The notes beneath the pieces are model-generated. The model saw only the letters and a program-made list of their open reading frames with translations, searched no databases and was not told where the DNA came from. A stretch of 64,000 nucleotides of DNA from Paracoccaceae bacterium (GTDB lineage Bacteria; Pseudomonadota; Alphaproteobacteria; Rhodobacterales; Rhodobacteraceae), in NCBI GenBank assembly GCA_965203795.1, contig OZ241915.1, positions 2,494,255 to 2,558,254 of the forward strand, given 5' to 3'. Of this stretch, positions 56,925 through 64,000 are shown piece after piece. How positions within the stretch are numbered: position 1 is the stretch's first letter; each line of letters starts with the position of its first letter. The position numbers and the translations under genes are program-made.

Positions 56925-58760
56925 ATGAAAAACGAGAACCGCCGCAACGCGCGGCAAGCAGCGTCCGAAAGCCCGTCCGGCCCGGAGCCCAAGCTTGGCG
57001 CGCTTCCTGTCTGGAACCTGGACGATCTCTACCCGGGTCCGGATTCGGCGCAGCTGAAGCAGGACTTGGAATGGCTGGAGACGGCCTGTCGAAGCTTTGC
57101 CGAAACTTTCGAAGGACGAATCGCGTCTCTCGACTCCGAAGGACTCCTCAAATGCGTCGAGCAGCGCGAACGCATAGACGCCGTCGCGGGACGAATTCTG
57201 TCGTTCGCGTCTCTGCGCCACGCGCAGGACACGCTCGACCCAGCGAACGGGAAGCTCCTCGGCGACTGCGGCGCACGGGTCAGCGAGGCGAAGAGCAGGC
57301 TCGCGTTCTTCGAAATCGAGCTGAACGACATCGAAGCCGACGCCTACGCGAGGATGATCGAATCGAATGCCGGTCTGCGCCGGTACCGCCAGGTGCTGGA
57401 CAGGCTGCGGAAGCTCCGGCCGCATCTCCTGTCCGCCGAGCTGGAAAGGTATGTCAGCGAAAAATCCGCGTCCGGAACCGCAGCGTGGATCCGTCTGTTC
57501 GACCAGACCGCGGCCGCTATGCGATTCGGGGGCGCAGGCGAGGAGCTCACGCTGGAGCAGGTGCTGGACCGCATGAGTTCGCCAAACCGGGCGGTCAGGG
57601 AGAAGAGCGCCAAAGCGCTGGCGGTCGAGCTGGACCGGAATCTGCCGCTGTTCACGCTGATCACGAACACGCTGGCGAAGGACAAGGAAATCGAAGATCG
57701 ATGGCGCCGCTTCGAGACCGCGCAGGCATCACGGCATCTCGCGAACGATATCGAGCCGGGGATCGTCGATGCCATGGCCGAAGCGGTAGCCAAGGCGTTC
57801 CCGGAGATTACCCATCGCTACTACCAGCTGAAAGCGCGCTGGCTCGGCGTGGACAAGCTCGAGGTCTGGGACAGGAGCGCCCCGCTGCCGGAAGATTCGG
57901 ATCGCCGAATTCCATGGGAAGAGGCGAAGAGCACGGTGTTGGCGGCATTCGAGGCGTTCTCGCCGCGCATGTCCGAAACCGCCGCGCAATTCTTCGACAA
58001 CAGCTGGATCGATGCCGCCGTGAGGCCGGGAAAGGCCGGAGGCGGCTTTTCGCACCCGACTGTCGCCGACGCCCATCCCTACATCCTGCTGAATTACCAA
58101 GGCAGGTCGCGCGACGTCATGATCATGGCCCACGAGCTGGGCCATGGAATCCACCAGGTCCTCGCCGCGCAGCACGGCGAATGGCTGTCGGACACGCCCC
58201 TGACGCTCGCCGAGACGGCGAGCGTTTTCGGAGAGGCGCTGACGTTCCGCAGCTTGGTTGCCTCCGCCCGCGACGCACGGGAGCGGCGACGGCTTCTTGC
58301 CGGACGGGTCGAGGACACGATCAACACCGTCATGAGGCAGGTCGCGTTCTACCGGTTCGAATCCCGCCTGCACGAAACGAGGCGGTCCGGCGAGCTGGAG
58401 CCGGACGACATCAACGCGATCTGGCTTGAGACCCAGCGCGAGTGCCTCGGCCCGGCATTCGAATTCATGGACGGCTACAAGGTGTTCTGGTCCTACGTCC
58501 CGCACTTCGTCCACGCGCCGTTCTACGTGTACTCGTACGCTTTCGGGAGCGGCCTCGTTCAAGCGCTGTTCGCGGTCTACATGCGGGGGCTGGAGGGATT
58601 CGTTCCGCGGTATTTCGATTTGCTCGCGGCGGGCGGCTCGCGTCCTTACAAGGATCTGCTCGAGCCCTTCGGCATAGATGTCGCCGATCCGGAGTTCTGG
58701 CGCGGCGGGATGTCGACGGTTTCGGAGATGATCGACGAGCTTGAGGCCTTGGAGGCCTGA
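56925..58760 (+). CDS. M3-family oligoendopeptidase (PepF-like)
   Basis: ATG at 56925. Contains the HELGHGIH zinc motif. 611 aa. Confidence 0.8.
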   Translation: MKNENRRNARQAASESPSGPEPKLGALPVWNLDDLYPGPDSAQLKQDLEWLETACRSFAETFEGRIASLDSEGLLKCVEQRERIDAVAGRILSFASLRHAQDTLDPANGKLLGDCGARVSEAKSRLAFFEIELNDIEADAYARMIESNAGLRRYRQVLDRLRKLRPHLLSAELERYVSEKSASGTAAWIRLFDQTAAAMRFGGAGEELTLEQVLDRMSSPNRAVREKSAKALAVELDRNLPLFTLITNTLAKDKEIEDRWRRFETAQASRHLANDIEPGIVDAMAEAVAKAFPEITHRYYQLKARWLGVDKLEVWDRSAPLPEDSDRRIPWEEAKSTVLAAFEAFSPRMSETAAQFFDNSWIDAAVRPGKAGGGFSHPTVADAHPYILLNYQGRSRDVMIMAHELGHGIHQVLAAQHGEWLSDTPLTLAETASVFGEALTFRSLVASARDARERRRLLAGRVEDTINTVMRQVAFYRFESRLHETRRSGELEPDDINAIWLETQRECLGPAFEFMDGYKVFWSYVPHFVHAPFYVYSYAFGSGLVQALFAVYMRGLEGFVPRYFDLLAAGGSRPYKDLLEPFGIDVADPEFWRGGMSTVSEMIDELEALEA

Positions 58761-58938
58761 ATCCTCAGCGATACTGCCCCCTTGCCGCGTCGCCATCGCG
58801 GCAATGCCTGTGCCGGAATGATTTTGCGGCGAGCGTTCGGCATGGCCGCCCGGCGTTCAATTCCGCGTCAGGGCCTGCCTTTGCTTCAGTTCCGGAAGCT
58901 GGACGGGCGCGGCGGGCGTCTCAAGCCCGAGCGCGCGA

Positions 58939-59838
58939 TCAGGACGCCGGGGACGCCATCCCCTTCTCTGAAGCGAGATTGAGCATCCGCGATTTCACTC
59001 TTTCGAATGCGCGCAGCTCGATCTGCCTGATGCGCTCCCTGCTCACGCCGTACTTTTGCGCAAGCACCTCCAAGGTGGAGGGCGTGTCGCTCAGCTTCCG
59101 GCTCTCGAACACGTCCCGCTCGCGATCGTTCAGAACCTCCAAGGATTCCTTGAGAAGCTCGCTCTTCACCCGCGCCTCCTGCGCGTCCGCATAGTCCCCA
59201 GCATGGTCGGCCGATTCGTCCACGAGCAATTCCATTCGCTCGGCCGATCCGTCGACATCGTTGCGCACGGGGGCGTTCAGCGACGTGTCCCGCCCGGCGA
59301 GCCGCTCATTCATGTTGCGGATTTCGCCCTCCGGCAGCCCCAGCAATTCCGAGAGCTGGTTGTAGTCCGACGGCGTCATTTCCGAATCGTCGATCACTCC
59401 GATTCTCGCCTTCGCCTTCTTGAGATTGAAGAACAGCTTTTTCTGGGACCTCGTCGAACCGATCTTCACCAGGCTCCATGACCGAAGGATGAATTCCTGG
59501 ACGCTCGCGCGTATCCACCAAATCGCGTAGGTGGCGAGCCGGAAGCCCTTGTCGGCGTCGAACCGCTTCACGGCCTGCATCAGCCCGATGTTCGCTTCCG
59601 AGATCACGTCGGCGACGGGCAATCCGTATCCGCGGTAGCCAAGAGCGATCTTCGCGGCCAGCCGCAGGTGGGACGTGACCAGCCTGTGGGCGGCATCGGA
59701 ATCCCGGTCGTCCGACCACCGCTTCGCCAGCATGTACTCCTCGTCGGGATTCAGCAGCGGAAACCGGTTGATCTCGGACAAATAAGTCGACAGGCCGACA
59801 TCGGTCGGCCGCAGCGCGAGATTGGAATGGTTGCTCAT
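58939..59838 (-). CDS. rpoH: RNA polymerase sigma-32 factor
   Basis: Contains SEANIGLMQAVKRFD and the RpoB-box-like QKKLFFNLKK. 299 aa. Confidence 0.9.
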   Translation of the reverse strand: MSNHSNLALRPTDVGLSTYLSEINRFPLLNPDEEYMLAKRWSDDRDSDAAHRLVTSHLRLAAKIALGYRGYGLPVADVISEANIGLMQAVKRFDADKGFRLATYAIWWIRASVQEFILRSWSLVKIGSTRSQKKLFFNLKKAKARIGVIDDSEMTPSDYNQLSELLGLPEGEIRNMNERLAGRDTSLNAPVRNDVDGSAERMELLVDESADHAGDYADAQEARVKSELLKESLEVLNDRERDVFESRKLSDTPSTLEVLAQKYGVSRERIRQIELRAFERVKSRMLNLASEKGMASPAS

Positions 59839-60094
59839 CTGACCTTCCCTGAACTTACCCCAAGATTAACGCAAAAACGGCGCCGCTCCCAACCCTTGAA
59901 GCCGAACTCCGCGCGCACCTTGGTCTTTTGCAATTGCTTGTCATTCGACAGATAGGTCGCGGCGGCGGCGTTTCAAGTCCCGGAAGAAAATTCCTGACAG
60001 CGGCCCTCGCCCCGGACGCCGCGCCACGACCACCGGCAGCCGCCGCGCTTGTCCAGACTTCAGCGCCCCAGTCCGCTCCTGCGACCGGACTCGA

Positions 60095-60103
60095 CCTATA
60101 CAG
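60095..60103. repeat. Direct repeat CCTATACAG (left flank of the ISAs1-like composite)
   Basis: The same 9-mer is at 63061-63069, immediately outside the other end of the IS-derived block. Confidence 0.7.
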
Positions 60104-60292
60104 CAGGGCGATTGTGTGTGGACGCCCCCCTGAGACGCGGGATCATTCCTTCCGCAGCCCCGGGCATTTGGTCAAGCGCGTACGTGTGTCCGGCCTGTCG
60201 GTGCGGCGCGTCGCATATGAGCGTCCATTGCTTCGAGGCGTTCTCCGGATGCGGCGGCGACAGCCGCGCCGAGCAGGGCCAGGAGGCAGGCA

Positions 60293-61075
60293 ATGGGCGG
60301 ATTCTCCCTTTGTTTCAAGGACGTCGACGATCCAAGGACGGGCAACGCGAAGCGCCACGACTTCCGCGAGATGGTGATGATCGCGCTGCTTTCGAGCATG
60401 TGCGGCGGGCGGACCTGCGTCGACATGGCGGATTTCGCCGCCAACAACGAGGCGTTTCTGCGCCGTTTCATGGCGCTGGAGCGCGGAACCCCGAGCCGCG
60501 ACACGTTCTCCCGGCTGTTCCGGCTGCTGGACCCGGAGCCGTTCGCGGCGGCGATGGCGCAATTCGCCGAGGACTGGGGGAGGGCGCTGGAGGAGGACGG
60601 CGGACGGCAGATCGCGGTCGACGGCAAGACGCTCCGGCGGTCGCATATGCGCGCCGGGGAGACGTCGCCGCTGCACATGGCGGGCGCCCTCCTGACGGAG
60701 GCCGGCATCGTGCCCGGCCAGACCGCGGTCGACGGCAAGTCCAACGGGATTCCGGCGATGGCCGCGCTGCTCGAGCTTCTGGACATCAAGGGCGCGGCGG
60801 TTACGGCCGACGCGATGCATGCGCAGCGGAACACGGCGGAGCCGGTCACCGGCAAGGGCGGGGATTGCGCCCTGGCCCTGAAGGCCAGCCAGGGATCGCT
60901 CCGCAAGGACGCGAAGGAGTGGCTGGAGGATCCCGAGGCGGCCAAGGAAATGCTTTCCTGTCGGCACGTCGGCGGCAGCCACGGGCGGACCGGAACGCGC
61001 GCCGCGACGGTCTCGCACGACATCGGATGGCTGCAGGACCTCCACCGGTGCCGGGCCTCAAGGCAGGCGGCAGTC
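60293..61075 (+). pseudogene. ISAs1-family transposase, 3-prime truncated copy
   Basis: Starts MGGFSLCFKDVDDPRTGNAKRHDFREMVMIALL and contains IAVDGKTLRRSH and VTADAMHAQ. Homology is lost shortly after HDIGWLQDLH. Confidence 0.75.
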
Positions 61076-61274
61076 CGCCGCGTTCCCCGCTTCCGCCTTC
61101 GATTCCTCAAGACAAGGGCAGGAACAATGGCAGTCGACGACGCGGAGCCGGACAATATGAATGTCGTCCATCCCCGCCGCTGCACAAGGCCCCAGGGAGA
61201 TGCGGACTGGATTTCGGACCGCAGAGTGGCGGAATTTGCAAAACTACCGGGACACAACTTTTTTCCAAGGATTC

Positions 61275-61529
61275 TCAAACCTTTGGAAAATACCGCGGAA
61301 TCCTTCCATCTCCCGCCTCCGGAAACTGCTCTTCGTCGCTGTTTTGACGGAAGAGCACTACTATGCGACGGAAAGGAGAAACGAAAGATTCAAAAAGCGA
61401 CGACCTTCGTGTAAGGCACATCTCGTCGAATTCCTTCATTTTGTGCTTCGACATAACGCCTGCTTCCATCAGGTCGGCCGCGGTCTCGTGTACCGTTGCC
61501 AAAGCGTCGCTTTTGTACTTCTTAGCCAT
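61275..61529 (-). pseudogene. XRE-type HTH antitoxin remnant
   Basis: The first ~40 aa, MAKKYKSDALATVHETAADLMEAGVMSKHKMKEFDEMCLT, fit the antitoxin partner of the upstream toxin type. An HTH-like segment (REMEGFRGIFQRFENPWKKVVSR) is only readable in another frame. Confidence 0.5.
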
Positions 61530-61797
61530 CGGCGTTCACCTCAACGATAGATCCTTTTGATAATGCTACTTCAAGTTCTACATCGTTCAATTCAAGCATC
61601 TCTTCGGCTAGTTTCCGGTAAGCCTTAATTTCATCCTGTTCAAGATTCCCACGATCATTTTTTGCAAAGCCATGGACAAAGAACACACGCTCGCCCCGGC
61701 GACCGGGCCGCCTTCCGCGGCCGCCGCCTTGATCGACATCGAGGCCGCCCTTGCAAAGCGGGAGCCGTGTCTGATTACTTGCATTGCGGGTCTCCAT
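61522..61797 (-). pseudogene. RelE/ParE-superfamily toxin remnant (DUF1044-like type)
   Basis: The C-terminal part RVFFVHGFAKNDRGNLEQDEIKAYRKLAEEMLELNDVELEVALSKGSIVEV is typical. The N-terminal half is degenerate. There is an 8-nt overlap with the antitoxin start. Confidence 0.55.
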
Positions 61798-61848
61798 TTT
61801 GTTCGCCTTTCACGAACAGGTTGGAAGACCCGCGCCCCTTCGTCAATC

Positions 61849-61886
61849 GCCATCCAATCGGGCGGGGCCCCGCCCGATTGGATGGC
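61849..61886. repeat. Perfect 38-bp palindrome
   Basis: GCCATCCAATCGGGCGGGG directly abuts its reverse complement CCCCGCCCGATTGGATGGC. Confidence 0.9.
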
Positions 61887-62028
61887 GGGGCCAGTCCAGC
61901 ATGTGTCTGAACTCAGTCAGCCACTCCTAGGTCGAATTCACGGCGATTGCACATGAGCGTCCATTGCTTCAAGGCGGGCTCCGGATGCGGCAGCAACAGC
62001 CGCGCCGAGCAGGGCCAGGAGGCAGGCA

Positions 62029-63054
62029 ATGGGCGGATTCTCCCTTTGTTTCAAGGACGTCGACGATCCAAGGACGGGCAACGCGAAGCACCACGACTTC
62101 CGCGAGATGGTGATGATCGCGCTGCTTTCGAGCATGTGCGGCGGGCAGACCTGCGGCGACATGGCAGATTTCGCCGCCAACAACGAGGAGTTCCTGCGCC
62201 GCTTCATGGCGCTGGAGCACGGAACCCCGAGCCGCGACACGTTCTCCCGGCTATTCCGGCTGCGGCGATGGCGCAGCTCGCCGCGGATTGGCGGAAGGCG
62301 CTGGAGAAGGGCTGCGGACGGCGGATCGCGACCGACGGCAAGTCCAACGGGATTCCGGCGATGGCCGCGCTGCTGGATCTCCTGGACATCAAGGGCGCGG
62401 TGGTTACCGCCGACGCGATGCATGCGCAGCGGAACACAGCGGAGCCGGTCACCGGCAAGGGCGGGGACTGCGCCCTAGCCTGAAGGCCAACCAAGAATCG
62501 CTCCACAAGGATGCGAAGGAGTGGCTGGAGGATCCCGAGACGGCCAAGGAAATGCTTTCGCATCAGCATGTCGGCGGCGACCACGGGCGGGCTGTGACGC
62601 GCACCGCGACGGTCTCGCACGACGTCGGATGGCGGCGGGATTTGCGGAGCAAACGGCGCAGCCGCCGCCGGTGGCCGGGACTCGAGGCGGTCGGCAAAAT
62701 CAAGGCGGTCCACGAGACCAAGGGACGAACCACCACCGAGACCCGCTATTGCATCATGAGCCGGGAAATGGCTCCCGATGAGCTCCTGGAGGCCGTCCGC
62801 AGCCACTGGGCGACCGGGAACCGGCCGCACTGGGTCCTGGACGCCGGATGCGGGAGGACGACCTGCGGAACCGGGCCGGGCACGGGCCGGCGAACCTCGC
62901 TGCGGTCCGCCGACTCGCCGCGGGCATCGTGCGCCTGGCGGACGACAAGCTGTCGTTCCAGAGACGGCTCCTGAAGGCGGCGCAAGTGCAGGACTACCGC
63001 TTCGAGCTCATCAGGAAAGCTGCCGGGCTCTCCACGGAAATTGATGTGCGATAG
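62029..63054 (+). pseudogene. ISAs1-family transposase, copy with internal deletions and frameshifts
   Basis: It has the same N-terminus as the copy at 60293. It is missing segments after SRLFRL and around DGKTLRR, has an in-frame stop at 62479, and its C-terminal part (WPGLEAVGKIKAVHETKG...HWATGN...) is spread over two frames. Confidence 0.75.
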
Positions 63055-63061
63055 CCTTGGC

Positions 63062-64000
63062 CTATACAGCCTTCAACGTGTCGAGGAAAAGCCGGATATC
63101 CGGCGGCAATTCGGATTCGAACTCCAGCCGACGGCCGTCCCGGGGATGCGCGACGCCCAGCGCGCCGGCATGAAGGGCCTGCCTCGGAAATTCCTCCGCC
63201 GCCCGCCTTTTCGCAGCGTCCGTCCCGCCGGGAAACCGCTTGTTCGCGCCGCCGTATAGCGGGTCGCCAAGCACCGGATGGCCGATGTATTCAAGATGGA
63301 CGCGGATCTGATGGGTCCTTCCCGTTTCCAACCGGCATTCCGCAAGCGACGCCTCTCCATCCGCAAGCGGCTCAAGCACGCGCAGCCGGGTTGCAGCGCG
63401 ACGCCCTCCCCTTGCGACCACGGACATCTTCAGCCGGTTGGCCGGATGCCGGCCGATCAAGTTCTCGATCCGTATGACTCCGCCGGGCTCGTAGCCGACT
63501 CCGTCGCGGCGACCAAACCCGTCGCTCCGATCCCCCGGAACGCCTTTCAAGATCGCCAAGTATCGCCGCAGGACCGTTCTGGCGGCGAATTGCTCGCTCA
63601 GCGACCGCATCGCGACATCCGATTTCGCCACGGCGAGAAGGCCTGAGGTGTCCTTGTCGATGCGGTGGACGATGCCCGGGTAGCGGCCGGCCGACGGGGC
63701 CGCGAGGCCGCCGCCACAGTGGTGAAGCAGCGCGTTGACCAGCGTTCCCGACCGGTTGCCCTTCGCGGGATGCACGACCATCCCGGCAGGCTTGTCGACG
63801 ATCAGCAGGTCGCGATCCTCGAACACGATTTCGAGAGGAATGTCCTCGGCTTCCAATCCGCCGGGCGGCTCCGCCGGAAGAGCGATTCGCCATTCCTCGT
63901 CCGCCCGGACCGGCGCGCTTGGCGTGCGCACGACCGCGCCGCCTCGCGAAACGGCTCCCGCCCGGACCAGCTTCCCCGCCCGCGTCCTTGTCAGCGCGGC
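63062..64000 (-). CDS. rluD: 23S rRNA pseudouridine synthase, RluD family (5-prime partial; runs off the window)
   Basis: Contains LIVDKPAGMVVHP, HRIDKDTSGLL and GRTHQIRVH. The frame is open to nt 64000. Confidence 0.85.
   Translation of the reverse strand, partial: AALTRTRAGKLVRAGAVSRGGAVVRTPSAPVRADEEWRIALPAEPPGGLEAEDIPLEIVFEDRDLLIVDKPAGMVVHPAKGNRSGTLVNALLHHCGGGLAAPSAGRYPGIVHRIDKDTSGLLAVAKSDVAMRSLSEQFAARTVLRRYLAILKGVPGDRSDGFGRRDGVGYEPGGVIRIENLIGRHPANRLKMSVVARGGRRAATRLRVLEPLADGEASLAECRLETGRTHQIRVHLEYIGHPVLGDPLYGGANKRFPGGTDAAKRRAAEEFPRQALHAGALGVAHPRDGRRLEFESELPPDIRLFLDTLKAV

Larger units (their letters stand above)
60104..63060 (+). mobile_element. ISAs1-like composite or rearranged element enclosing a decayed toxin-antitoxin pair (2957 bp)
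   Basis: The ends are CAGGGCGATTGTG... and the reverse complement of ...CGATAGCCTTGG, an imperfect inverted repeat. It is flanked by a 9-bp direct repeat. It contains two partial ISAs1 transposase copies in the same orientation; the repeated DNA starts at about 60214 and about 61946. Confidence 0.65.

Noticed and set aside
59839-59960. Candidate sigma-32/sigma-70 promoter motifs (CTTCAAG, TTGCAA) upstream of rpoH
   Set aside because: The spacing and -10 elements do not fit a consensus convincingly. Nothing is called without TSS data.

Overview
High-G+C chromosomal window that looks alphaproteobacterial. All calls come from reading the translated ORFs and the DNA by eye; no searches were run.

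The backbone is central metabolism on the minus strand: sdhC-sdhD-sdhA-(small lipoprotein)-sdhB-deoC-double ALDH, and mdh-sucC-sucD-sucA-sucB-lpdA.

Other ordinary content:
- An overlapping-gene operon that resembles Eubacterium barkeri-type nicotinate catabolism: FAD subunit, 2Fe-2S/MoCo hydroxylase, 6-hydroxynicotinate reductase-like, UPF0280, two DUF1185 genes and a convergent enamidase-like amidohydrolase.
- A BtuFCD-like ABC importer behind a cobalamin riboswitch.
- tRNA-Ala(GGC).
- A peptide/nickel-type ABC system.
- ltaE, an M20 deacylase, a fatty-acid desaturase, carnitine dehydrogenase, an M3 oligoendopeptidase, rpoH and rluD.

The accessory content is the interesting part:
1. A visibly AT-richer islet holds one 384-aa gene. 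Its C-terminus looks like a nucleoside 2-deoxyribosyltransferase/TIR-like domain, and its N-terminal ~230 aa are unrecognised.
2. There are two diverged ISKra4-like elements, each with perfect 9-bp target-site duplications. The second encloses a ~3.4-kb passenger that encodes an exported caspase (C14) - ankyrin - peptidoglycan-binding - coiled-coil - ankyrin protein.
3. An ISAs1-like composite bounded by a 9-bp direct repeat encloses a decayed RelE-like/XRE toxin-antitoxin pair and separates rpoH from rluD.
4. A TbpB-like surface lipoprotein gene has its frame broken exactly at a G7 homopolymer.
5. An orphan lipoprotein gene sits inside the sdh operon.
6. One ORF fuses a GNAT domain to a DjlA-like protein.
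7. An ankyrin lipoprotein lies divergent from a nucleoside 2-deoxyribosyltransferase.

No CRISPR array and no rRNA were seen. Many long ORFs in the six-frame track are GC-driven shadow frames and were not called.
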